A DNA stretch of 56,439 nt from IMG/VR virus record IMGVR_UViG_3300037225_000630; one strand, 5' to 3'. The DNA is from an uncultured virus (IMG/VR IMGVR_UViG_3300037225_000630). Taxonomy: Duplodnaviria > Heunggongvirae > Uroviricota > Caudoviricetes. Under the pieces are notes generated by a model, which was given only the letters and a program-made list of their open reading frames with translations, ran no database searches and was not told the origin of the DNA. Both the position numbers and the translations under genes were made by a program. This document shows, in pieces, positions 26,664 to 36,357 of the stretch; within the stretch, counting starts at the first letter, position 1, and every line of letters starts with the position of its first letter.

Positions 26664-27629
26664 TTATTGACATTTAGCCTTAGCAATTTTTTCTTCTATT
26701 TGCTTATCTACTTCTCCATCTAATGTATTTATTGCTTTTACAAGCTCATGGGTAACTAAAGAGAACACTGTGTCCATAACATCTAATATCATAATTAGTT
26801 TTAGTTGCCATGTACGATAGAAAGAGGAATACAATACACTTTTAATTTTGTTTGCTAACAAATCAACATGAGGCTGAGTAAACTGTCGGTATTTTTCAAC
26901 AAAACAACGAGGTATGCCTATAATACATATATTATTGAATATGAGTTCCTTTTTATATGCTTCTTCACAATACTCATCTATAGCTTCATAGAGCTTATCT
27001 GGTATTGAGAATAAAAAATTTATTTTTTCTTCCTCATTCTTGATAGCTTCGAGAGCAGTAATAAAGTCCTTAAAAACAGAATATAAAATAGGTGACCTAC
27101 ACTCTTGAATAAAGATTTTACTAATATATATTTTTCGTTTATATTCATCATTATCAATATCAGGGAAGTCTATGCTTCGTTCTATACTAGACTTTAGATT
27201 AGTAAACATTGTATGTTGATTAAAGGGTATTAAATTTTTCTTCCTATCTTCTTCTACTTTAATTCTTATTCCAAGTTGAATTCTCATATCTTGTAATTCA
27301 TTTTTAATTTGACATAATTCTGTTCGTAACTCTGCAATCTCAACTTCTTGTTCCCTATTTCTAGCTTCAAAAAAATTGATTAGTTTATGTTCCATAGGGG
27401 ATAAAACCTCTTTTTGTAATGCTACTGTTGCTTCTTCTTCTGAAGATACACCTAATTTTAGTCCCTCTGCTGTTAATGTTGCTGTGGGAATAGAATGATT
27501 CTTTTTAAGAGCCTCTACTAATTTGACAATAATGACTGCTACTATAGCTAAAGATCCTAATAATATTCCTATGGTAAGAATTTGATCTAAAGGTGTTTTA
27601 GATATCCAAGATAATAAAAATTCTCCCAT
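26664..27629 (-). CDS. Membrane-anchored coiled-coil protein (holin-like position)
   Basis: Single N-terminal transmembrane helix, directly upstream of the peptidase. Confidence 0.6.
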   Translation of the reverse strand: MGEFLLSWISKTPLDQILTIGILLGSLAIVAVIIVKLVEALKKNHSIPTATLTAEGLKLGVSSEEEATVALQKEVLSPMEHKLINFFEARNREQEVEIAELRTELCQIKNELQDMRIQLGIRIKVEEDRKKNLIPFNQHTMFTNLKSSIERSIDFPDIDNDEYKRKIYISKIFIQECRSPILYSVFKDFITALEAIKNEEEKINFLFSIPDKLYEAIDEYCEEAYKKELIFNNICIIGIPRCFVEKYRQFTQPHVDLLANKIKSVLYSSFYRTWQLKLIMILDVMDTVFSLVTHELVKAINTLDGEVDKQIEEKIAKAKCQ

Positions 27630-27653
27630 TTTTTACATTCCTTATCTAATTAG

Positions 27654-29876
27654 TTAGCAAATATGAAGAGAGCTGAGAGGGGAGGTAGTAATTGAAATAT
27701 AGTAGGGACCCCACTGCTTACCATTATTATCTAGGTAGTAATACTCATATATCCCTGATTCTGCTACTTTAATACAAGTAGGAAGATTAAATGTCAACAG
27801 GAGTTTACCTTGAATACCCCATTGTAGTATTCCACCAAATTCCAAACATATCATAATAGGGAGGGAGTCAACCCTTAGGAATTTTATAGAAGTGAAGTCA
27901 TTGAATGTTACATAATCATATTGTGTGTATCCTGCAAAGACAGATAGAGGAAGTGTTATATTTGTTCCATTACTATCAGTAATGCTTAGAGTAACTCCTT
28001 GCTGGTCTTTATAGAGGGAGGAACCAAATGATCCTACGGACCCAGCAGTATAGTTAGATTCCTCTACTTTAGTGTTTCCGGAATAAACTGTAACTTTAGC
28101 ATCTGTATTGGCAGTAAATGTTCCTGGATTTGTATTAGTAATAATAGGATTTACATTACTTATACTATCTGATACATGAAATGTTTTACTATAATTAAAA
28201 GAAGAGAGTAAACCATCAAAAATAGTAATAGTGATGTTATATAAGAGCGTCCCAAAAGGAGGTACAAGTAGATCAGGAGGAGATAGAATAATATTAAATT
28301 TGCTACTATTGACTATTGCTACATCTCCTGCAAGAATATTTGTCTCTGTTTGCTGTGATATAATTTTTCCTGAGCTATCGGTGAGCTGATAGGTATAATA
28401 AAATGGATGTATACTAGTGGCATTCGGAGAAGTTACACTAAGATTAATACTTTGACCAAAGGAAAAGACTGTTGTATCAAAAGCAGGCGCTATATTATAA
28501 TTGAAATTCAAATTAAACTCTGATAAAAGAGAGTTGTATTCAGCAGAGGTTGCTGCCCAGGCAGCAGCAAAAAGAGAGTTCCACGAGTCTATATTCACTC
28601 CTGTAGATGCCCCAAAGAATAGTAATGCGCTCAGTTGAGTAAGATTAAGGGTGGCTGCTATAGGTGAAGTAGCTAAACTAGATTGTAGCGCTTGCTGTAT
28701 ATATTGTACTCCACCATAACCCTTAGGAATAACAAAGGTATATATTCCTGTATATTCCAATGCTGCTACAATTGAGGTAGTGACATTATATATTTGTAGG
28801 AGTACTGTCTGTAAGGAGGTTATTTTCTTTATAAGTGCATTTACCATCTCTTGTATGGCATTTTCTTGGGTTGCCATCTCATCTTGTACACGTTTAATAA
28901 GTTTTTGGAGCATTGTGATAAGGTCTTGTAATACACTAAAATTATTTACGTTTAATCCTACCCAATGATATCCTTTTATATTCGAATTCTCAATGAGACT
29001 ATCTAGAGCAGATAGCTTTTCTGATGTATTGCCGGTTTGAAGAGTATTATTAGTTTCAGCTATACCCGCCCAATCTGTTGAGAATTTGCTTAAATCCTTA
29101 GAGTCAATAAGAGAAGCGCTCTGTCCTTGAGAGGCGGTATCATTACCAAAGTTAGCAAAGGTTTTGAATAGATTATTTTTAGCCTCTGTAAGTTCATTAA
29201 AATTAAAGAACTGGCCTAAAAGAGTAAGCAATGACATAAAAGCTGAAGGGCTGGCAGTGGTAATAAGAAACCCAAACCCAGTGGCTTGAGTGTTCACTGA
29301 CCATGTGGGCTTATGTTTATCATTAGTATTACTAAAAGAAGCAAAAAATTCATTAAATGCTTGCTGGGGGGTGAGGGAAGGAATCGCTTGAAAGAATGAA
29401 CTTTTTTTCCCTGTAGTGGTTTTAGTAGCAGTTGGCCCTGGGATAGATTTACCTGAGTTTTTCCCTCCAACAGGTAATACTGTTGTACTTATTGATTTAA
29501 AAACAGTAAAGTTATTCTTATCAACAAGGGGCTCTAGCATATCTATAGTGTTTTTTGGGTTTCCATCGCTTCCTAGTACATTCCAAGGGTGAATAACAAT
29601 ATAGCTGCCCCCTATAGACAATGCATCTTCAAATACCGTTATAATAGCGGAAGCATAATTTTTAATAAACACAGCCAAAAGATCATAAGGAGAGACTAAA
29701 AATTGTCCTACTTCAGTCAATATTTCTTTTACTATTTGAATAGCATTATTGAGTTCAGTAATAAATGTCTTAAATTGAGAAAGAGCATTATTTATGGATT
29801 GAGGTATTATTTGACCAAAGTTAGCATTAGTGGTCCATTCTGCTTTATTGTTGCTTATAGTGCTGTTTGAGGGCAT
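27654..29876 (-). CDS. Virion structural protein (baseplate/tail-associated)
   Basis: Helical N-half, S/T-rich beta C-half, located in the tail module. Confidence 0.6.
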   Translation of the reverse strand: MPSNSTISNNKAEWTTNANFGQIIPQSINNALSQFKTFITELNNAIQIVKEILTEVGQFLVSPYDLLAVFIKNYASAIITVFEDALSIGGSYIVIHPWNVLGSDGNPKNTIDMLEPLVDKNNFTVFKSISTTVLPVGGKNSGKSIPGPTATKTTTGKKSSFFQAIPSLTPQQAFNEFFASFSNTNDKHKPTWSVNTQATGFGFLITTASPSAFMSLLTLLGQFFNFNELTEAKNNLFKTFANFGNDTASQGQSASLIDSKDLSKFSTDWAGIAETNNTLQTGNTSEKLSALDSLIENSNIKGYHWVGLNVNNFSVLQDLITMLQKLIKRVQDEMATQENAIQEMVNALIKKITSLQTVLLQIYNVTTSIVAALEYTGIYTFVIPKGYGGVQYIQQALQSSLATSPIAATLNLTQLSALLFFGASTGVNIDSWNSLFAAAWAATSAEYNSLLSEFNLNFNYNIAPAFDTTVFSFGQSINLSVTSPNATSIHPFYYTYQLTDSSGKIISQQTETNILAGDVAIVNSSKFNIILSPPDLLVPPFGTLLYNITITIFDGLLSSFNYSKTFHVSDSISNVNPIITNTNPGTFTANTDAKVTVYSGNTKVEESNYTAGSVGSFGSSLYKDQQGVTLSITDSNGTNITLPLSVFAGYTQYDYVTFNDFTSIKFLRVDSLPIMICLEFGGILQWGIQGKLLLTFNLPTCIKVAESGIYEYYYLDNNGKQWGPYYISITTSPLSSLHIC

Positions 29877-30006
29877 TCTTTAGGTTCTCCGCATCTTTTA
29901 CTATCCCTTCTATTTCTTTTTGTGCTACAAGATTTATAGACGACAAAAATATATCTATTTGGGATAGTATTTGATCATTAGACTTTTCTATTTTAAAATC
30001 ATCCAT
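29845..30006 (-). CDS. Small coiled-coil protein (53 aa)
   Basis: MDDFKIEKSNDQILSQIDIFLSSINLVAQKEIEGI... fills the intergenic gap. Confidence 0.55.
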   Translation of the reverse strand: MDDFKIEKSNDQILSQIDIFLSSINLVAQKEIEGIVKDAENLKNALKQHYKQQ

Positions 30007-30009
30007 ACT

Positions 30010-31149
30010 CTATCCTAAAATCTCTTTTATAAAACATAACCATTGGTTCTTTAGTGTTTCTAAATTATGGTTTGATCTAAAGGAACTGAGAATGGCATTA
30101 CTTTCTTTTTCTCTTATATTGTTTTCAATACTCTCTATAGCTTTTTCAGCAGAATAAGCAGATACTCCTATTTCATCCTTAAAATTTTCTAAATTGTTTT
30201 CATGAACAAAAGAGGGGATACCACAGGATAAGTACATATACACTTTGGAGGGGTCAGCAGATTTATACTCTTTTGGTGCTATACCACACCCTACAGATTC
30301 AGGGCTGAAAGTATCATACAGACTATAGGTGTTTCTTATTACATCGCACTTAGGGAGCCCCAAGTCATGTCCACAGTGTAAGTATAATTTAATATTTTTA
30401 CTCTCTCTATTATCTAACATCTCAATAAGCGGGTATACTTCTCTTAAGTGCTCCTTTGACCTAAACCACCCAGCGGAAGCACTTAGTACTATATATTTCT
30501 CTTTACCCCACTCTATCTTAGAATTTCCTTCTGGTATATAAATATTAATACGCTTTGATTTTATTGTGTTTTCTATAAAAGAAAAACTCCTTAAAGAAGC
30601 AGTAATAGAGTAATCGAAATAAGATAATATTTCTACCATATCCTTGTTTATCATCTCTATAGTAGTATTAATTATATCTGTAGATATTTTATTCTCTAGG
30701 TACTCCCTCAAAGTTTCAGGCCAATACTCATGACATATCCATATTTTCTTACAATTATATTCCATTTTATCTAAGGCATAAGAGGATATTACTATATCTG
30801 GCTTGTATTCATCTAATTTTTTACATAAGTCATTATTTGAGTATAGTTCTAAAAAAGGTTTTAAGGGGTTTTCTATTTTATCCTTGGATATCATTTTACT
30901 TACCTCATCAATAGCAAGGATTGAGTGAGTATAGTTTGGTATATCTTGTTGATACCCTATGAAAAGAGGAAATGTTACTTTCATGGAAAAATTTACTAAA
31001 GTTTTATTTTCAAGAAAAACTTTTAATTCGAAATGCCCTTCATTGCTTAACTGTTGTAAAGGGTAAGAATACCCAAAGTCATATCTTTGCCCCCCTCTTA
31101 AAATGGGGATGTAATTAGAATGTTGTGGCACATACGCTATTTTAATCAT
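30010..31149 (-). CDS. GT-B fold glycosyltransferase-like protein
   Basis: KPDIVIS, WICHE, PSKVYMYLSCGIP resemble the GT4-type C-terminal motif. Confidence 0.6.
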   Translation of the reverse strand: MIKIAYVPQHSNYIPILRGGQRYDFGYSYPLQQLSNEGHFELKVFLENKTLVNFSMKVTFPLFIGYQQDIPNYTHSILAIDEVSKMISKDKIENPLKPFLELYSNNDLCKKLDEYKPDIVISSYALDKMEYNCKKIWICHEYWPETLREYLENKISTDIINTTIEMINKDMVEILSYFDYSITASLRSFSFIENTIKSKRINIYIPEGNSKIEWGKEKYIVLSASAGWFRSKEHLREVYPLIEMLDNRESKNIKLYLHCGHDLGLPKCDVIRNTYSLYDTFSPESVGCGIAPKEYKSADPSKVYMYLSCGIPSFVHENNLENFKDEIGVSAYSAEKAIESIENNIREKESNAILSSFRSNHNLETLKNQWLCFIKEILG

Positions 31150-31151
31150 TT

Positions 31152-31826
31152 CTATTTCCGAGTCTTTTGATAAAGCCTATTATTTGAAAGCCATGTCCCT
31201 TCATAAAGATGTTCTGCATAGCAATTAGGATTGCTATCCTTTTTAAAAGTAAATACAGTAGAATTTTCTACTCTAATTAAACCATCTTTAGTATCTAATG
31301 TTTTAGACTTTCCATCAAGAACACATTTGTATCTTTGTTTGAAAACTCTTTCTAAAATGGAGGAGTAATTAGCAAGAAAAAAGGTATCAAAAGATTTTTT
31401 CTTGAATTCCTCTACAGTAAACATACATCTGCTCCAATTATTTTCATACCATTCCCTTACCTTTAATATATAAGGATGGTGGGGTTCCGCCCCTATAAGC
31501 CCTACACTAAAATTAAATCCATTATGCCCAATAAAAAATGAATAAGGTAAAAAATCAGACAAATCTCTATGAATTATTATATCAGTATCTAACCAAATTC
31601 CACCTTCTTCAGCTAATATATCTATTCTTAATGAATCTGATGCAGGACCGTATCGTTTAGCATCATACATCCTTCTAGATGCTTCATATTTGTCTATATC
31701 TAAATTTGATTCACCCCACTCTTTAAACTCAAAATCTGAAAGAATCTTCTTCCAAGAACTTATCCTATCTATGGGTTTTTTAGCAACGTCGCCGAACCAA
31801 AGATAGTGTATGATTTTTGGAATCAT
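31152..31826 (-). CDS. Glycosyltransferase family 32 (DXD)
   Basis: MIPKIIHYLWFG, SDSLRIDILAEEGGIWLDTD. Confidence 0.9.
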   Translation of the reverse strand: MIPKIIHYLWFGDVAKKPIDRISSWKKILSDFEFKEWGESNLDIDKYEASRRMYDAKRYGPASDSLRIDILAEEGGIWLDTDIIIHRDLSDFLPYSFFIGHNGFNFSVGLIGAEPHHPYILKVREWYENNWSRCMFTVEEFKKKSFDTFFLANYSSILERVFKQRYKCVLDGKSKTLDTKDGLIRVENSTVFTFKKDSNPNCYAEHLYEGTWLSNNRLYQKTRK

Positions 31827-31831
31827 AAATA

Positions 31832-32095
31832 TTAGGATTCCCCTTCATTTTCCCAAGGTTTTTCACCAGTATTTATTCTTTTAATATAAGACAATGCTTT
31901 CGAATGAGACATTCCTTCCATTCTTAGCTGTGTTAATAATGACCTCTCTTGCCATACACTGTTAATATGATTTTGGTGTGTCTGATAAGCAGTAGTTTGC
32001 TTATATAGGGTTTCAATTTGAGGTATAACTACCATTAGTTGGTTTATCTTGCTTTGTAAGTCCGCTACTTGAGCAGCTAAGGTTTCTAAGTCCAT
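31832..32095 (-). CDS. Hypothetical coiled-coil protein
   Basis: SD AAAGGAG, ACTAATT upstream. Confidence 0.7.
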   Translation of the reverse strand: MDLETLAAQVADLQSKINQLMVVIPQIETLYKQTTAYQTHQNHINSVWQERSLLTQLRMEGMSHSKALSYIKRINTGEKPWENEGES

Positions 32096-32117
32096 ATATT
32101 CTCCTTTATAATTAGTA

Positions 32118-32906
32118 TTATTCTAAAACCTTTAAAAAATAAGGGTCTTTATCCCATTCTTCTATGGCTATTTCAAAACTTTTGGATATAGCTGGGGAGG
32201 GGGGTAAGGGTATACATTTTATATGGCAATATTTACACATTTTTTTCTTTTGGTTCAGTAGTTCTTCAGGAGTAGGAAAATGATCCAGCCCTTCTCCTAA
32301 TTTGAATATTCTAGAGATGGCTATAGCCATAGAACATATATAAATCCCATAAGGGGAAATATTATATCCACAATTATCTTGTACCCAACAGTAATCAATA
32401 TTTATATCATCTTTATAATCTATTAATCCCCGTAAGTTCGGGTGATGCCTGGATTCTACAACTTTTTGATTATAAAATTTTGATCTAACAATACAAAAAT
32501 CTTTATTAGATTTTGCTACACTATAAGGATTAATCATTGTTATAGATCGTGAATTGTCATAGGTGTTATATCTTTTTCTTATTTCTTCTAGTATGGAATT
32601 TACCCTTTCTCCTACTCCATTTGAAACAATATTCATAGGGAAAGATAGTTTAGGTCTTAGTATTTTTACTAATAAATCCAAAACTTCAAAAATTTGAGGG
32701 TGCAGTGTAGGCTCCCCTCCAAGAATGTTTATCCTTGATACAGAAGAAATATGGGGTAAAACTGCAACAATATACTTTTCTAACTGGGATACAGACATAA
32801 AATCATTTTTATTAAATTTAGTACCGCATAATCTATTACAATACTTACAAGATAAATTACACTCATAAGTAATATCAATATCAAAATTAACCATTACAAT
32901 AGCCAA
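32118..32906 (-). CDS. Radical SAM enzyme with C-terminal Cys cluster (twitch/SPASM-like)
   Basis: CNLSCKYC, GGEPTLHP, VSNG, CWVQDNCG..GIYICS..CKYC. Confidence 0.9.
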   Translation of the reverse strand: MAIVMVNFDIDITYECNLSCKYCNRLCGTKFNKNDFMSVSQLEKYIVAVLPHISSVSRINILGGEPTLHPQIFEVLDLLVKILRPKLSFPMNIVSNGVGERVNSILEEIRKRYNTYDNSRSITMINPYSVAKSNKDFCIVRSKFYNQKVVESRHHPNLRGLIDYKDDINIDYCWVQDNCGYNISPYGIYICSMAIAISRIFKLGEGLDHFPTPEELLNQKKKMCKYCHIKCIPLPPSPAISKSFEIAIEEWDKDPYFLKVLE

Positions 32907-33796
32907 CTTTGAACCAACTTGGCAAGATAAGGAGTTTCATAAATATCTTCCATAACCTTTTGATTCTGGGCTAAATCAATTAAATACCAATTTTTATATT
33001 CTGTTTCAAACTTTACATCTATTAGTTTTCTTATTGTATTAAGTTCCTCCAAAGGAACATCCTCTCCATTTAAATCTAGATATTTTCCCATAGAAAAATA
33101 GGGGGTGTCCTTATCTAAAAGTATATCTAGGGATTCGCTAACATAGCATCTAACGGGGTCAAAAGAATTTTTGAGTGTTATCATTTTCTGATTCTTGCCC
33201 ATAGCTGCCTGTGGCTCTGTTGTCCATTTTTTAAGTAAACTAAGATAGAAGAATAAAGAGTGTAATTCAGAAAGAGGCTTATCCTCAAAAGAGGAATAAT
33301 CTATTTTTAGATCAATATAATTGAGTACAGGATGCTTAATACAAAGTTTTATCATATCCTTATATACTTGAGCATAGTTATCTGATGTAATTATATATTC
33401 TGTCCAAAACAAAGTATTATTATAAATATAATTATTTTCTTTTTCTTTTATATTTTGTAATGTACTATTATCTGAAGATAAATATATAGTAGTATCCGTT
33501 ATAAGTTCTTCAATATCTTCTAATAAATTAGAGGAAAACTGTATATTTATTTTATTTTTAATAATATCCGTTTCTCTAATAATTTTTAATAACATCTGTA
33601 ACTCATTACGGTTGCTAACAGGAATCTTATACTCTTTTTGATTTATTGTAAACAGACTTTTCTCTAAAAACTTATAAAAAGACAAGAAATTGGAAAAGGT
33701 TATCTGGCTAAAATGAGAAAATATTTCCCGAGGATTGAATAAATCTTTAATAAAATATTTTCGATTATATGCAAAATTATTGTTACTATATATCAT
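32894..33796 (-). CDS. Hypothetical protein, possibly a degenerate radical SAM paralogue
   Basis: No CxxxCxxC; YIITSDNYAQVYKDMIKL..YIDLKID and CYVSESLDI resemble the C-terminal half of the rSAM barrel. Confidence 0.55.
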   Translation of the reverse strand: MIYSNNNFAYNRKYFIKDLFNPREIFSHFSQITFSNFLSFYKFLEKSLFTINQKEYKIPVSNRNELQMLLKIIRETDIIKNKINIQFSSNLLEDIEELITDTTIYLSSDNSTLQNIKEKENNYIYNNTLFWTEYIITSDNYAQVYKDMIKLCIKHPVLNYIDLKIDYSSFEDKPLSELHSLFFYLSLLKKWTTEPQAAMGKNQKMITLKNSFDPVRCYVSESLDILLDKDTPYFSMGKYLDLNGEDVPLEELNTIRKLIDVKFETEYKNWYLIDLAQNQKVMEDIYETPYLAKLVQSWLL

Positions 33797-34592
33797 TTTT
33801 TGTTTCCTCTAACAAGTTAGTAAAATAAGAAATAAGCCCATTATTTTTCTCAGATTGAGCTATGGATATCAATTGACTTATTTCCATATCACGGTGTATA
33901 TGGGATATATTATTATCATAGGTGATAGTATTTAGGTTGGGTAATTCTCCCTCTCCAGGCTTATCGTTCTCTCTTATATGATATCTAAACAAATATTCAG
34001 GGCAAATAGCAATAGCATTGTTCTCCATAAATTTTCGTAAAAAGTAGTGTTCGGGGCTAATGCTCTCTGGTGGGTACTCTTTACATACATCTAAAGCATA
34101 GTTATCATAAGTAAATTGTCCTGGATTTCTATAATTTTTATCATTATAAGGAACTATACTAAAAGTATCTAATTTTTGTCTCCACCTAAAGGTTTCAATA
34201 ATAGAAGTATCTATAATCTTCTCTTTTATAGTCATCTGTAAGCAAGAAATTCCATGGGTATTTGCAGTAGTATATGCCCTTACTATCTTTTCTAATCTAT
34301 CAGACACATATTCATCATCATCGTCAAGAATAGAAAATAGATCACACTTATGGTCCTTGGCTACTTCTAATGCTTGGTTTAACATCATTCCTAAATTATT
34401 TTCTTTACTTTTTAATATAGTTCTTCTAGGATTATAGGGCATCGTGCATAAGGAGTAATCTTGATCATAATTATTACTACTTGATATTACAATATGGATA
34501 TATTTAGTATATGCCTGTTTATCTATACTCCGTAAGCATCGTGGTAATAATAATGGCCTATTATGAGTACGTGTTACTATAGCTATTTTCAT
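33786..34592 (-). CDS. Glycosyltransferase family 2
   Basis: IAIVTRTHNRPLLLPRCLRSIDKQ, LNQAL, ILDDDD. Confidence 0.88.
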   Translation of the reverse strand: MKIAIVTRTHNRPLLLPRCLRSIDKQAYTKYIHIVISSSNNYDQDYSLCTMPYNPRRTILKSKENNLGMMLNQALEVAKDHKCDLFSILDDDDEYVSDRLEKIVRAYTTANTHGISCLQMTIKEKIIDTSIIETFRWRQKLDTFSIVPYNDKNYRNPGQFTYDNYALDVCKEYPPESISPEHYFLRKFMENNAIAICPEYLFRYHIRENDKPGEGELPNLNTITYDNNISHIHRDMEISQLISIAQSEKNNGLISYFTNLLEETKNDI

Positions 34593-35230
34593 TAGTTATA
34601 CTCACATACACATTGATTATTACAACTGCAAGTATTTTGAGCACTACACACATAGTCACAAGTACAAGTAACATGGGTACACCCATTATAGTTACAACAA
34701 TTAGTCCCATGGCACACGCACTGATCCCCATGCCCGATATCATAAGTATAACATGTACAGGAATACCCATTTGCGCATTTTACATTGCACGCACAAGCAT
34801 GTGCTGTACATGAGTATGAACTACACGTAGAATAATTAGAGGTTACTACATTACATGCACATTGATTATATAAACTATTAATATCATTTACAATAGCATT
34901 CATTGTAGAAGCTTGCAGAGTTACACCAGAATTAAAATTACCACTAGCAGCAGTTAAACTAAGATTTGTACCTATATTAGAATGAACTAAAGTTCCATAC
35001 CCATTAGGATTGATTAATCCAGGCCATGTGTGAGTAGAATTTAATGTATTCTCTTGTGTAATTATTCCTTGGGGTAGGCTTCCATATATTTTAGTATACT
35101 GAGAAGGCGCTCCCACCGCAGAACCTGCGCTTCTCGAAGTGATTAATGAGTTTATAGCAACAATAATAGCACTAATATCTGAATCAGTAACTATATTAGT
35201 CTGTGTTACTGGATTTGCAATAGTTGGCAT
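34592..35230 (-). CDS. Fibre-like protein with a Cys-rich C-terminus (putative rSAM substrate)
   Basis: 21 Cys in residues 124-209, none before; seven CxC motifs. Confidence 0.85.
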   Translation of the reverse strand: MPTIANPVTQTNIVTDSDISAIIVAINSLITSRSAGSAVGAPSQYTKIYGSLPQGIITQENTLNSTHTWPGLINPNGYGTLVHSNIGTNLSLTAASGNFNSGVTLQASTMNAIVNDINSLYNQCACNVVTSNYSTCSSYSCTAHACACNVKCANGYSCTCYTYDIGHGDQCVCHGTNCCNYNGCTHVTCTCDYVCSAQNTCSCNNQCVCEYN

Positions 35231-35242
35231 TACTTTCTCCTA

Positions 35243-36349
35243 TTAAATATGGGCATACTCAAATAAAGCATCTACAAACCTACCATACTCTGCTATAAGT
35301 ACATTATATTTACAGGATTGGTAATAGGGGGTTCCTGATGTCTGCACATTAGTAGAAGGACACCAATTTTGCTGATAGTATTTATTATTACTATTATTAT
35401 AATCGAGTATATTCTGCGTACTGGAATACATCTTCTTATTTTTCCCCATATTAAGAAAGGCATTAAAGAACTTAGGCCCTCTTTCAAAAAAATTATAGTT
35501 GCTTTTATCTGCTATCATTGCTAGTCTATGACAAGGAAACAATTCTCCCTCTAGATTATATGCATACATAAAATGTCCAGCGGTACAAACCGCTCCTTTT
35601 CTTTTATACCAATTATTAGCTAAAGTAATCTTTTGTTGCTGATTTAGTTCTGGCAATAAAAAAATTTTATTAAATATTTCCTCTTGTTCTCGTAAAAATA
35701 TGTCTATATCATCATCAGTATAATTCTCCTCAAATATTATTTGGAATGTATTCTCCCCTAGCATTCCAATACTTTTATCTAAATCACCCTTTGCTTCTAA
35801 TTTACAGATTTCCCACCAAAAATCAAATAACTTTGAAAGATTAGAAAAATTATTTCTTCCTATAGCACCATGGCAACTCCAAGGAATATCATTAGCAATA
35901 CAGCACTTTATGTTTCTTATCACTGTACTGTATGTACCTTTTCCTTTATGGTCCACCCTACATAAATCATTTATTTCCTCAGGTCCATCTATACTTATCT
36001 GTAACTTTAGGTTTAGTCTTTTGATGATATTTATATTCTTTATTATTAGGGTTCCATTTGTTATTAGTTGAGCATCTTTAGTAAAGGAATTTAGTAAATC
36101 AACTTTTATATCTTCATTTATATCAAGTTTCTGAATAGACGTATAGAGGTAGTCAAACTCGTCTAAAGCAAGTAAGGGCTCACCACCAAATACCATTAAT
36201 CCTGTAGAGGGTAAATTTAACAGAAACTCGTCAATCATTCCTTTACTTATAGTTTTTTGTGGCTTGTCTTTTTCAAAGCAATAAGAGCAATTCATATTGC
36301 ATTTTGAGGTTATTAGTAACTCTGTAATAGGAACGGGTATAAAATCCAT
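35243..36349 (-). CDS. Radical SAM/SPASM peptide-maturase-like enzyme
   Basis: CNMNCSYC, FGGEPLL, ITNGTL, ISIDG, CTAG..GELFPCH..WCP..C. Confidence 0.92.
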   Translation of the reverse strand: MDFIPVPITELLITSKCNMNCSYCFEKDKPQKTISKGMIDEFLLNLPSTGLMVFGGEPLLALDEFDYLYTSIQKLDINEDIKVDLLNSFTKDAQLITNGTLIIKNINIIKRLNLKLQISIDGPEEINDLCRVDHKGKGTYSTVIRNIKCCIANDIPWSCHGAIGRNNFSNLSKLFDFWWEICKLEAKGDLDKSIGMLGENTFQIIFEENYTDDDIDIFLREQEEIFNKIFLLPELNQQQKITLANNWYKRKGAVCTAGHFMYAYNLEGELFPCHRLAMIADKSNYNFFERGPKFFNAFLNMGKNKKMYSSTQNILDYNNSNNKYYQQNWCPSTNVQTSGTPYYQSCKYNVLIAEYGRFVDALFEYAHI

Positions 36350-36357
36350 AATTCTCC

